Notes under the pieces: generated by a model
Databases searched by the model: none
What the model was told of the DNA's origin: nothing
What the model saw: only the letters and a program-made list of their open reading frames with translations
Shown: positions 6,746-16,036 of the stretch, piece by piece
Layout: each line of letters starts with the position of its first letter
Numbering within the stretch: the first letter of the stretch is position 1
Program-made: the position numbers and the translations under genes
Source of the DNA: Acidobacteriota bacterium
GTDB lineage: Bacteria; Acidobacteriota; Thermoanaerobaculia; Multivoradales; Multivoraceae
Assembly: GCA_028877275.1 (NCBI GenBank)
Contig: JAPPFP010000006.1
Coordinates: 576,775-640,774 of the forward strand
DNA length: 64,000 nt
Direction: 5' to 3'

Positions 6746-9103
6746 TCAGACCTCCGGCACCAACGGCCATACGAGCGGAAGAACCGTCAGAACCACCATC
6801 ATCACCAGGATCAACAACGGGAAGCCGGCCTTCATGAAGTCAACGAAACGGTATCGTCCGAACCCCATCACCAACAGATTGACCGGATGACCCACCGGAC
6901 TCATGAAGGCGCAGGAACTCGCCACCGCCACCGTCATCATGAGAGCCTGGGCCGACAGCCCTTCGGTAGTGGCCGTGCTAAGGGCTATGGGCGACATGAG
7001 TACCGCGACCGCCGCCGTCGGCATGACTTGGGCCGACAGGGCTGTGATCAGAAAGAGCCCCGCCGTCACTGCCAGCGGCCCGAAGTCCGCGAGGGAACCT
7101 AGCACCGTCCTGGCCACCAGCGCAGCGGTTCCGGACTCCTGCATCGCCAGTCCCAGGCTGAGCATCCCCGCGATTAGGATGACCGCCTTCAGCTCGATGC
7201 ACCGGTAGGCCTCTTCGATCTTCAGGCAGCCCGTCAGCACCATCAGGACGGCTCCGATTGGCGCCGCGACAAAGACGGGCAGAAGGCCCGAGATCACCGA
7301 AGTCAGAACCCCCGCCATGATCAGGGCGCTGACGGGAGCCTTCTTGCTTCGTACAGCTTCTACCGTTTCTTCCGTCATGACGAGGAAGTCCGGGTGTTCC
7401 GCCAGGAGCGCGAGCTTGTTCCTTTCGCCATAGAGCAAAAGGGCATCACCCGGGAGCAGTTCCGTTTTCCGGAGCCCACTCCGGTAGATCTCTCCGTTCC
7501 GCCATATCGCGAGGATCGAGACACCGTAGTTCTGCCGGAACTTGAGTTCCTCGACCGTCCTTCCCGCGAATGTCGTGCGGGGAGACAGCGATGCCTCCGC
7601 CAGGCCGACGGCGTCGGATTCCAGTCGACTCAGATCCAGGGGGTGATCGTCGCCCACCTCCAGGTCCTGGAGCGCCTCCAGGATCCTGAGATCCTCGAGG
7701 TGTCCACGGAGCAGGAGAACGTCCCCTCCTTCCAGTTCCGTATCCGGATCGGGAACGAGAAACTCGTCATCGGTCCGCAGAATCCCGACGACCGTCAGGC
7801 CGAATGCATCGGCCAACTGGGTCTGCGCGAGCAACTGACCGGACAGTAGCGAGTCTTCCGAGATTCTGACGCTCTGAATCCTGCGCTCCATGTGGTAGCG
7901 AGAAACCAGATCTTCCGCCGGCACTGAACGAACCGCTCCCAGGCTCCCGTCCTCCGCCAGTGCGGCAAGTCGCCCGCTTTCCATCGCGATCAGCAGACGA
8001 TCCTCTGAAGCAAGAGTCATCTCCCGCAATCCCGTGCGATGCACGGTATCGCCGCGTAGAACTGCAAGCACGTGCAGGCGCCGGGTTCGGCGCAGGTTCG
8101 CTTTGCGAACCGTCTTTCCGATCAGCGACGAATCTCCCGCCAACTCCAGTTCCGCCACCCCGATCGAGGCGTTTGCGATGCGCTCCAGAGTCCGGTCTCT
8201 CGACTCGATCTCCAGGTGCTTCCATGCGCGGAGAGCTTCGAACCGCTCAAGGGTTCCTTCCACGACCATCTCGTCTGCCTCGCTGAGAACGAAGTCGTTC
8301 CCGGGAGCGAGGATCAGTTGCCCGCTTCGTCGTATCGCTACGACGTTCAGACCCAGGGCATGGCCCAACCGGCCCTGGCGAAGTGTCTTGCCGGCCAGGG
8401 CGGAATGTCTGGGTGTTCTCAGGACTCCGATGAGGCCACCCAGGTCGTAGAGTCCCCCCAGATCCACCGGGGCGGACTCCTTTGTCGGAGCGTGGTCCGG
8501 CAGCAGTCGCCGCCCCAGGAACGTCATGTAGACGACCCCTACGGCAAGCGCCGTCAAACCGACCGGTGTGAACGAGAACATCCGGAACGGCTCGAACTCG
8601 GCATCCCTCAGCGCCCCGTTCACCAGGATGTTCGGCGCCGTTCCGATCAAGGTCGTCATTCCGCCGAGCAGGGATCCGAAGGCCAGGGGCATGAGCAGTT
8701 TCGAAGGCGCGGCCCCTATGCGGCGGGCCATGTCCAGTACCACCGGAAGCATGAGCGCGGTGATTCCAATGTCGTTCATGATCCCCGACAGGAGGCCCAC
8801 CGTGGGCATCATCACCGCGATGAGACGGCCGACTCCGTCCCCCGACGCGGCCAGAACCCGTTGACCGATGAAGTGGGCCACGCCGGTCCGCGTCAGCCCG
8901 CCGCTCAAGACCAGAACGGAAGCGATTGTGATGACCGCTTCGTTGGCGAAACCCATGATCGCCTGCTCGCCCTCGAGGATGTTCGTCACCACCAGTGCGA
9001 GCATCACCATCAGGGCGACGAGATCCACCCGGACCCATTCGGTCACGAACAGGACCACCGCGACTGCGAGAATTCCCCCGACTACGAGAACCTCGAAGCT
9101 CAT
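6746..9103 (-). CDS. SLC13/DASS (divalent anion:Na+ symporter, ArsB/NhaD superfamily) permease with central tandem TrkA_C (RCK_C) domains
   Basis: Hydrophobic N- and C-terminal halves flank two soluble RCK_C-like segments. This is the typical SLC13-TrkA_C architecture. Confidence 0.85.
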   Translation of the reverse strand: MSFEVLVVGGILAVAVVLFVTEWVRVDLVALMVMLALVVTNILEGEQAIMGFANEAVITIASVLVLSGGLTRTGVAHFIGQRVLAASGDGVGRLIAVMMPTVGLLSGIMNDIGITALMLPVVLDMARRIGAAPSKLLMPLAFGSLLGGMTTLIGTAPNILVNGALRDAEFEPFRMFSFTPVGLTALAVGVVYMTFLGRRLLPDHAPTKESAPVDLGGLYDLGGLIGVLRTPRHSALAGKTLRQGRLGHALGLNVVAIRRSGQLILAPGNDFVLSEADEMVVEGTLERFEALRAWKHLEIESRDRTLERIANASIGVAELELAGDSSLIGKTVRKANLRRTRRLHVLAVLRGDTVHRTGLREMTLASEDRLLIAMESGRLAALAEDGSLGAVRSVPAEDLVSRYHMERRIQSVRISEDSLLSGQLLAQTQLADAFGLTVVGILRTDDEFLVPDPDTELEGGDVLLLRGHLEDLRILEALQDLEVGDDHPLDLSRLESDAVGLAEASLSPRTTFAGRTVEELKFRQNYGVSILAIWRNGEIYRSGLRKTELLPGDALLLYGERNKLALLAEHPDFLVMTEETVEAVRSKKAPVSALIMAGVLTSVISGLLPVFVAAPIGAVLMVLTGCLKIEEAYRCIELKAVILIAGMLSLGLAMQESGTAALVARTVLGSLADFGPLAVTAGLFLITALSAQVMPTAAVAVLMSPIALSTATTEGLSAQALMMTVAVASSCAFMSPVGHPVNLLVMGFGRYRFVDFMKAGFPLLILVMMVVLTVLPLVWPLVPEV

Positions 9104-9105
9104 CA

Positions 9106-9128
9106 GGAGTGCGCCCTTGGTGCAGCCG
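9106..9128. repeat. 23-bp exact repeat, copy 2 (ends 2 nt upstream of SLC13 ATG on minus strand)
   Basis: The sequence is identical to 6647..6669. Confidence 0.6.
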
Positions 9129-9155
9129 ACAGGAGCGTGACTCGCACGCCGTCGA

Positions 9156-10589
9156 TCAGGTCTCCTGCTGCGACGTCAGCTCGATCTGCTTGTAGCCGCC
9201 TGCCCTCCGGAAGTGGAGGATCAGGTAGAGGAACCCGAGCGCCATGAACACGGGTATCGCCGCAGTGATCCGCAAAGCGGTCTGGCCGCCGTGGAACGAC
9301 GCGTCGCGCACCGCCTGCTCGTCGGGCGGCAGGGTGATGCTGAAGTCCTTCGCCTTCTCCATGACGGGGCCGGCCTTCGTGCCGTCGAGGCCCTGAACGG
9401 GGGCGAAGAACAGGAAGCTGTTCGTGCCCTGGGCCTTGTACTCCTCGTAGACGGCGGGAGCGTTCGCCTGCAGGTCCTGCGAGGCGTGCCGGTCCTGGAG
9501 GTAGCCGATGCCGGGGCCGCCCAGCAATCCGGCCGAGAGCATGCCGACGCCGCCGACGGCGCCGAGCGTGAGGGCGCCGCCGCGCGGGAAGCGCTCCGAG
9601 ACGACGGCCAGCATGGTTGGCCAGAAGAAGGCCTTGCCGGCGCCGTAGATCGTGGCGGCGATCATGACGGTGACCGCGCCGGCCAGCGAACCGAGCGAGT
9701 AGAGGCCGATGGCGGCGACGACGGCGCTCACGAACAGCAGCCCGAGGGGATTGATCCGGTGGACGATCGGGCCGGCGAAGAAGCGCAGCACGAACATCAG
9801 GATGGACGTGTAGAGCAGGATGAACAACCCCTTGCCGCCGAGGACGGTGTCCATGATGTTGACGATCCAACTGTCGGTCCCGAGCTCGACGTAGCCGATG
9901 CAGACGTGGAGCACCAGCAGGAAGAGCAGCATGGGCGCCGCGAACTCCTTGACCATGTCCATGAACTTGACGCCGGCGGCCGCCGCCTCGGACGTGGGGA
10001 ACTTCTCCTTGACCATCATCAGGACGTAGATGAGGGTCGGAACGAGATAGAGCGCGAGGACGATCTCCCAGCGCACGCGGCCGATCAGGCCGATACCCAG
10101 GAGAGAGCCGCAGATCAGGCCGGCGGGCCATCCGGCGTGCAGGATGTTCAGGTAGTGGGTCTTCTCCTTGCGGTACAGGGTCGCGACCAGCGGGTTGATG
10201 ACCGCTTCGCAGATGCCGTTGGCGACTGCGAAGATGAAGACGCCCCAGAACAGGCAGAAGTAGGCCCCGGCGCGGGCGAAGTCCGGGTCTGTTGCGATCG
10301 ATCCGTTGTAGACGAACGTGGCCGCGACGGCCACGATGACCGACAGCACGTGCAGAACGCCCGCGCCCAGCAGGAAGGGCTTGTAGCCGTAACGGTCGAG
10401 GAAGGCGCTGGCCACGAGAATGACGAGTCCGAAGCCGACGAAGCCGCCTCCGGTGATCTGTCCGAGTTCCGTCTGCGTGAAGCCGAACGCCGTGCCCCAC
10501 TCCAGGAGGAGGCCGCCCCGGACAGCCGTGCCAAGTCCGGCAACCAGGATGGTGAGGAAGCTCGCGATCAGTAGTTTCGTCTTGTTCAT
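9156..10589 (-). CDS. MFS transporter (FucP/glucose-galactose transporter-like)
   Basis: The protein has 12 or more predicted TM helices and an MFS-like topology with a long C-terminal tail. Confidence 0.8.
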   Translation of the reverse strand: MNKTKLLIASFLTILVAGLGTAVRGGLLLEWGTAFGFTQTELGQITGGGFVGFGLVILVASAFLDRYGYKPFLLGAGVLHVLSVIVAVAATFVYNGSIATDPDFARAGAYFCLFWGVFIFAVANGICEAVINPLVATLYRKEKTHYLNILHAGWPAGLICGSLLGIGLIGRVRWEIVLALYLVPTLIYVLMMVKEKFPTSEAAAAGVKFMDMVKEFAAPMLLFLLVLHVCIGYVELGTDSWIVNIMDTVLGGKGLFILLYTSILMFVLRFFAGPIVHRINPLGLLFVSAVVAAIGLYSLGSLAGAVTVMIAATIYGAGKAFFWPTMLAVVSERFPRGGALTLGAVGGVGMLSAGLLGGPGIGYLQDRHASQDLQANAPAVYEEYKAQGTNSFLFFAPVQGLDGTKAGPVMEKAKDFSITLPPDEQAVRDASFHGGQTALRITAAIPVFMALGFLYLILHFRRAGGYKQIELTSQQET

Positions 10590-10631
10590 TGGCCCTCCTG
10601 AAGGCGGTCTAGGGTGTGGGTTCGGAAGTCG

Positions 10632-11744
10632 TTACGTCCCTAACGTGAAGTCGGGTAGCCGGACGATCTGGCCGCCCTGGAGCGCCGACTCGTGGGCGCA
10701 GATGCCGACGCAGGTCCAGTTGGCGCTGGTGACCGCATTCGGCCAGGGATCGCGGTCGTCGCTGAGCGCGCTCAGGAACTCGTGCACGAGATGGGGGTGG
10801 GAGCCGCCGTGTCCGCCGCCCTGGATGAAGGAAAGGTGCTCTGCGTCGTGGATCTCCTGCGGCAGCGTGAAGTGCCGGATCGGCTCCGGCAGGAGACGCG
10901 CGTAGTCCGGGACCTCGATCTTCTCCGGGATCTCGTGCTCGGGCTTCTTCGCGGTGTGCAGGACGTGGGGCTCGTCCTCGATCAGCGTCCACTCGAAGCT
11001 CTTCTTCGTGCCGTAGACGTCGAAGCTCTCGCGGTACTGCCGCGCGACGTCGTAGAGGAAGCGCCAGATGTGCGCGACCAGGTCGCTGTCCTTGACCTTG
11101 ATGTGGCAGGTCTCGACGGCGAAGCGGTTGCCGGACTTCCCGGCGATGTCGTCGCGCACCACGCCCGAGCCGAAGCAGCTCACGTACTCGGCAAGCCCGT
11201 CGACCAGCCCCAGGCAGGGACTGACGACGTGGGTCGCGTAGTGCATCGGGATCATCCGTTCCCAGTAGGACGGCCAGCCGTCCATGTCCTGCGGGTGCGA
11301 GGCCGCCAGGTGCTGGATGTCGCCGAGCTCGCCCTTGTCGTACAGCTCCTTGATGAACAGGAACTCGCGGCTGTAGACGACCGTCTCGGCCATCATGTAC
11401 CTGAGGCCCGTTTCCTGGACCTTCTCGACGATCCTGCGGCAGTCGTCAACGGTCGTCGCCATCGGCACAGTGCACATGACGTGCTTGCCGGCATCGAGCG
11501 CGGCCAGGGACATCCAGGCGTGGTCGGGGATCGGCGTGTTGATGTGGACGTAGTCGACATCCGGATCGGCGAGCACGTCGTCGTAGTCCGTGTACCGCCG
11601 CTCGATCCCGAACTGATCGCCGACCTTGTTCAGTTCCGCCTCGTCCCGGCGGCAGATCGCGTGGACGTTGGCGCCGGGGTAGGCCTCGTAGATGGGGATG
11701 AACTCGGCGCCGAAGCCGAGGCCGATCATGGCGACGTTCGTCAT
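10632..11744 (-). CDS. Gfo/Idh/MocA family NAD(P)-dependent oxidoreductase
   Basis: The N-terminal Rossmann motif is MIGLGFGAEFIPIYE, and HVMCTVPMATT is characteristic of the family. Confidence 0.9.
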   Translation of the reverse strand: MTNVAMIGLGFGAEFIPIYEAYPGANVHAICRRDEAELNKVGDQFGIERRYTDYDDVLADPDVDYVHINTPIPDHAWMSLAALDAGKHVMCTVPMATTVDDCRRIVEKVQETGLRYMMAETVVYSREFLFIKELYDKGELGDIQHLAASHPQDMDGWPSYWERMIPMHYATHVVSPCLGLVDGLAEYVSCFGSGVVRDDIAGKSGNRFAVETCHIKVKDSDLVAHIWRFLYDVARQYRESFDVYGTKKSFEWTLIEDEPHVLHTAKKPEHEIPEKIEVPDYARLLPEPIRHFTLPQEIHDAEHLSFIQGGGHGGSHPHLVHEFLSALSDDRDPWPNAVTSANWTCVGICAHESALQGGQIVRLPDFTLGT

Positions 11745-11764
11745 GTCCGCGTCCTCGGAGGCTC

Positions 11765-14700
11765 TCAGGGGCCCTGAGGGCTCGTCGCTTCCTGCGCGGT
11801 CATCAGGTACGCGACGAGGTTCGTCACCTCATCGTCGGAGTAGGGATCGAGCAGTCCCTCCGGCATCATCGAGAGCGGGAAGTAGTCGAACGACTGGATG
11901 TCCGACTGGGCGATGACGACTTCGTCCTGGCCGACGACGCGCAGGGTCATGGAGCGGGGGCTCTTGGTGGCGACGGTGCCGGAGTAGGTGCGGCCGTCCC
12001 GTGTGGTCACCATCAGGGTCTGGTAGACGTCCTGGATGTCGCCGCTCGGGTCGAGGATGTTCGTCAGCAGGTAGTCGAGTTCCGTGCGGTTGGAACCGGT
12101 GAGGTCGGGACCGATGAGGCCGCCTTCGCCGAACATCTGGTGGCACACGGCGCAAAGCTCGGTGAACATCTGCTCGCCGTGAGCGGTGTCGGCCGCCGCG
12201 ATCGCGTCGTCGCTCAGGATCGTCGTGTACTTCGCGATGGCCGCGGCTTTCTCGCTGGAGACCCGCGTGATCGGTCCCCAGACCTCGAGAAAGCCGCTGC
12301 CGACGACCCGGTGGAGCTGGCGGGCGACGTAGGCCGGCACGTCGCGCCGCGGGACGCTTCCCTCCTTGATCGCGCCCATCAGCACGCGCCCGTAGATGGG
12401 GCGGGAGGCGAGCGTCTGGACGGCGGCGAGCTTCTCGTCCGCGTTGAAGGAGTCGTAGCGCCCGAGCAGCAGGAAGCCCGACTCCCAGCGGCCGTCGAAC
12501 GCGGCGTAGGCGCGGAGCGCGGCGATCCGCACTTCGGGTTCGTCCAGCAGAGCCGGGAGCCGCTCGAAGAGGGCCTGGTGCTGCTGGTCGGCGAGGCCTT
12601 GGATGGCCCGCCGCCGATCTTCGGGCGGAGCGCTTTCGTCGTCGAGCGTCGCGAGGAACTGGCGCGCGACCTCGACGCCGCCAAACTGCTGCTCCACCTC
12701 GAGGGCGATGTCGGCGACGTTGCGGTCGCGCTTCAGCCGGGCGTAGACCCGTTCCCAGTTGTCCGGGGGCTCGGCGTAGACCTGACCCTCGAGTCCGGCC
12801 AGCATGCCCCGGAGCAGAGCCGGCCGGGCCTCGGACCGGTCGTCGAGCGAGGTGACGAGGAACCCGAGCTCGTCCGCGTCGACCGCGCGGCGCGCGATGT
12901 TCTCCGTGAGCATCGGGATCTGGGAGGTCCTGGCCAGCCGCAACGCGCGCTTCGGGTCCTCCGGAACCAGGGGCTCGATGCCGAACCAGATCATCTTCGG
13001 GATGTTGTGGTCGTCCGCGTCGTCGCCCTTCATCACGAGGTGCTCGGCGATCGACCAGCGCACGTCGTGGTCGACGCGCTGGAGGGCCGCCGCGAGGTAG
13101 AGGCGGACGATCGGCGAAGCGTCCCGGTCCGCCAACTCGACGAACTTCTCCGTCGCGGTAGCCGGCGCGTCGTGGTCTTCGGTCAGGAGCTGGATCGCCC
13201 AGGCCCGGACGTGCTGGTCCTCGTCGTCCAGCGCTGTCATCAGTTCGTCGGACGTGAAGCCGTCGGTGACGTGGAGCGCCCACATCGCCCGCAGGCGCAG
13301 GTCGCCGTCAGGATTCGATGCGAACATCTCGCGCAGCGCGTCGTGAACCGGGGCGTCGACTTCGCCCCTGGCCGCGCGGCCCTGCAGGACGACCCGTGCC
13401 CGCCGAGCGTGCCAGGAGCTCTTCGAGAGCTGCAGCTCCACGAGTTGCTCGTTCGACATGGCCTTGACGTCGTCGTAGCGGCCCTCCCAGTCGTCTGCCA
13501 GGGACTGCTCGGGCGTGATGCGGAAGATCCGCCCGGTCTCCTTGTGCTGGACGTCGTTGCCGCAGATGTCCGCGTCGTGCCAGTCGAGGACGTAGACGTC
13601 GCCGCCCGGCCCGATCTCCATGCTGAAGCCGACCCACTGCTTGTTGTTGGCGAGCAGGAAGTCCTCTCCGTGGTGGGCGACGAAGCCGGAGCCCTTCGGC
13701 TCGAGTTCGTCCGAGAGCACCGCGTGCTCGTGGATGTTCGCCATGAAGAGCCGGCCGTAGTGCTCCTCGGGGAAGGCGTCCGACAGGTAGACGCGCGCGC
13801 CCCCGTGCGCGGAGCGGTGCCGGTGGTTGACGATCGTGCGGATGTCGCCGTAGACGTACGGATTGAAGTGCGAGCCGCCCTGGCGGTGGTAGATGCCGCC
13901 GGGGACCACGTGGAACAGGTGGGGGATCACGCAGGCGGTGATGAAGATCTGGCCCTTCGCGTCGTAGTCGATGCCCCAGGGGTTGCTGAAGCCGTGGGCC
14001 ACGACCTCGAAGCGGTCCTTCGTCGGGTGGTAGCGCCAGACGCCGCCGTTGATGTCGACGCCGTCGTACTCGAACAGGTCATCGGGGAAGGGGTCGTTGT
14101 GGCCGTAGATCGTCTCCTCGGGTCCCGGCTTGCGGATCCTGGAGGGCGTCGCGAACCCTTCGAGGCCGTAGAGCCAGCCGTCCGGCCCCCAGTGGAAGCT
14201 GTTGATCGTCTCGTGACGGTCGCGGATGCCCCAGCCGGTCAGCAGGATTTCGGCGTCGTCCATGTCGGCGACGTCGTCGCCGTCGCGGTCGGGGAGAAAG
14301 AGGAGATGCGGCGGCGCGCCGACGAAGACGCCGTCGAAGCCGACCGCCAGCGCCGCCGGGAACGGGATACCCTCCGCGAAGACCTTCTTGCTGTCGGCTG
14401 CGCCGTCGCGGTCCGTGTCCTCCAGGATCAGGATGCGACTGTCGCCCGAACCGGAGAAACCGCGGCCGCGGGTCTCGTAGTCGCGGTTCTCGGCGATCCA
14501 TATGCGGCCGCGATCGTCCCAGGCGAAGGCCATGGGCTGGGTGATCATGGGCTCCGATGCCCAGGCGTTCACCTTGAACCCGTCGCGCACGGTCATCGCA
14601 TCGACCGCCTCTTCCGGTGTCAGGAACTTCTCCTGCTTCGCTTCCCGCTGGGCGATGCCCCATAGCGATGACGTCGAGTAGGAGCCCTCGGCAGCCCCGG

Positions 14701-15712
14701 TGTACTCCTCCCAGTCCTCCGTCAGTTCGAGATCGTTCAGTTCGCCCGTGTAGACGATGAGCCGGTGGCGGATAACCTCGGTCGCGCCCTCGGGGATGTG
14801 CCAGTCGCCCATCCGTGACCGCGCCGGGCCAACGCCGAGCTGGCCGTCGACGCGCCAGGTCTGGGGGTAGCCGGCGTTCATCGGGTGGTCGAAGATGGCG
14901 ACGTGCAGGAAGTCGTCGCGGCCCTCGACCTGCATCCCGACATCGACCCACATCGCGCGCTGACCCTCGGCCTGCCGATTGCGCTGGCGGGCCGCGTTGA
15001 CGGCCTCGCCGGGGATGTCCCTGGTCCAGGGCATGCGCAGGAACATGCCGCCGTAGGACATCTCGTTGATCGAGACGTCGGTGTGCGCTTCGCCTGACCA
15101 CTCGAGATCGAGGATGAAGCGGTCTTCCTCGGCCCGCATGGACCAGTTCTGGGTCTCCGTCATGAAGGCGTTGCCTTCGGCGTCCAGCATGCCGTAGACC
15201 GTCTGCCACTGGACCTCCGTCCCAGCCTCGGTCACCACGGAAGCCGAATCGCGTCGCCAGTAGTCGCCGCCGGGGTTGTGGAAGTAGTCCCGGCCGATGG
15301 ACTTGGCGATCTCCTCCGGCTTGTCGCGGCGGTAGAACCACTGCCGGAGCGTGTCCGCGTCCATCGGCTCGCCGTTGACCCGGGTGAAGCCCCAGTAGAG
15401 CCCGGTCTGGTGCGGGTGGTGGCCCGGGCTGTACTGCGTCGCCAGTCCCTTGCCGTCGGGAGCGACGATCGGGTGCAGGAACGGCCGGTGCTCCGCGCCG
15501 GCGTTCTGGGTGACGATCGGTTCCTCTTCGCCCTCCCGGTAGATCGAGATCGCGCCGGTTTCCTCGTCCTGAACGGCTCGTAGCGGAACGGCTTGCGCCG
15601 CTTCTTCAGCGGCCGCCTCACCGGCGCCCGTGCCTTGAGTGCAGCCGGCCACGAGCGCCGCAAGTGCCAGTAGAACAATCGGTACCCATGCCGGCGCGGC
15701 CGGAACTCTCAT
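11765..15712 (-). CDS. Giant secreted multidomain protein: PmoA-like (DUF6807) N-terminal domain + glucose/sorbosone-dehydrogenase-like beta-propeller + HEAT repeats + C-terminal cytochrome c (PVC-type heme-binding CxxCH protein)
   Basis: The N-terminal domain has SPGHHPHQTGLYWGF. The propeller segment reads DDRGRIWIAENRDYETRG. The cytochrome c motif is CAVCHQMFGEGGLIGPDLTG. The start was trimmed to the ATG at 15712 (GGAGG 7 nt upstream, lipobox LVAGC). Confidence 0.8.
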   Translation of the reverse strand: MRVPAAPAWVPIVLLALAALVAGCTQGTGAGEAAAEEAAQAVPLRAVQDEETGAISIYREGEEEPIVTQNAGAEHRPFLHPIVAPDGKGLATQYSPGHHPHQTGLYWGFTRVNGEPMDADTLRQWFYRRDKPEEIAKSIGRDYFHNPGGDYWRRDSASVVTEAGTEVQWQTVYGMLDAEGNAFMTETQNWSMRAEEDRFILDLEWSGEAHTDVSINEMSYGGMFLRMPWTRDIPGEAVNAARQRNRQAEGQRAMWVDVGMQVEGRDDFLHVAIFDHPMNAGYPQTWRVDGQLGVGPARSRMGDWHIPEGATEVIRHRLIVYTGELNDLELTEDWEEYTGAAEGSYSTSSLWGIAQREAKQEKFLTPEEAVDAMTVRDGFKVNAWASEPMITQPMAFAWDDRGRIWIAENRDYETRGRGFSGSGDSRILILEDTDRDGAADSKKVFAEGIPFPAALAVGFDGVFVGAPPHLLFLPDRDGDDVADMDDAEILLTGWGIRDRHETINSFHWGPDGWLYGLEGFATPSRIRKPGPEETIYGHNDPFPDDLFEYDGVDINGGVWRYHPTKDRFEVVAHGFSNPWGIDYDAKGQIFITACVIPHLFHVVPGGIYHRQGGSHFNPYVYGDIRTIVNHRHRSAHGGARVYLSDAFPEEHYGRLFMANIHEHAVLSDELEPKGSGFVAHHGEDFLLANNKQWVGFSMEIGPGGDVYVLDWHDADICGNDVQHKETGRIFRITPEQSLADDWEGRYDDVKAMSNEQLVELQLSKSSWHARRARVVLQGRAARGEVDAPVHDALREMFASNPDGDLRLRAMWALHVTDGFTSDELMTALDDEDQHVRAWAIQLLTEDHDAPATATEKFVELADRDASPIVRLYLAAALQRVDHDVRWSIAEHLVMKGDDADDHNIPKMIWFGIEPLVPEDPKRALRLARTSQIPMLTENIARRAVDADELGFLVTSLDDRSEARPALLRGMLAGLEGQVYAEPPDNWERVYARLKRDRNVADIALEVEQQFGGVEVARQFLATLDDESAPPEDRRRAIQGLADQQHQALFERLPALLDEPEVRIAALRAYAAFDGRWESGFLLLGRYDSFNADEKLAAVQTLASRPIYGRVLMGAIKEGSVPRRDVPAYVARQLHRVVGSGFLEVWGPITRVSSEKAAAIAKYTTILSDDAIAAADTAHGEQMFTELCAVCHQMFGEGGLIGPDLTGSNRTELDYLLTNILDPSGDIQDVYQTLMVTTRDGRTYSGTVATKSPRSMTLRVVGQDEVVIAQSDIQSFDYFPLSMMPEGLLDPYSDDEVTNLVAYLMTAQEATSPQGP

Positions 15713-15838
15713 CCGCCTTCCTCCCTCGATCCCTGAAGCCTGTCGTGGAGACAAGGGCGCATCCTATCGTCCCGCCGGGGGACTGGTCGGAGGCGTCGCT
15801 CGACGTTGCCCTGACCCGGTAGGCCCGCTGGCTCGACG

Positions 15839-15854
15839 GGAGTCCCGGGACTCC
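15839..15854. promoter_or_regulatory. Perfect 16-bp palindrome GGAGTCCCGGGACTCC ~110 bp upstream of sigma-54 promoter (candidate enhancer/UAS); second palindrome GTCCGAATCCGGAC near 15882
   Basis: The palindromes were read directly from the sequence. Their position relative to the -24/-12 element matches that of bacterial enhancer-binding-protein sites. Confidence 0.35.
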
Positions 15855-15960
15855 GCTGATGTCCAGTTCCGGGCGGTGCTGTCCGAATCCGGACGCCTGA
15901 AGTCGCCGCGGCCGGGCCGCGCCGCGAGCAATCCCCGACGTTTCGGGGGTGTCCCCGGTC

Positions 15961-15975
15961 GGCACGGGGATTGCT
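15961..15975 (+). promoter_or_regulatory. Sigma-54 (RpoN) -24/-12 promoter GGCACGGGGATTGCT
   Basis: The GG-N10-GC spacing is exact and the element lies 76 nt upstream of the HlyD ATG. The operon encodes a sigma-54-dependent activator. Confidence 0.55.
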
Positions 15976-16036
15976 GGTCTGTGGTTTCGGGTCGCCTCCT
16001 TGCGGCGGTTCCGTTCCCGAAGAGCAGACACAGTTC

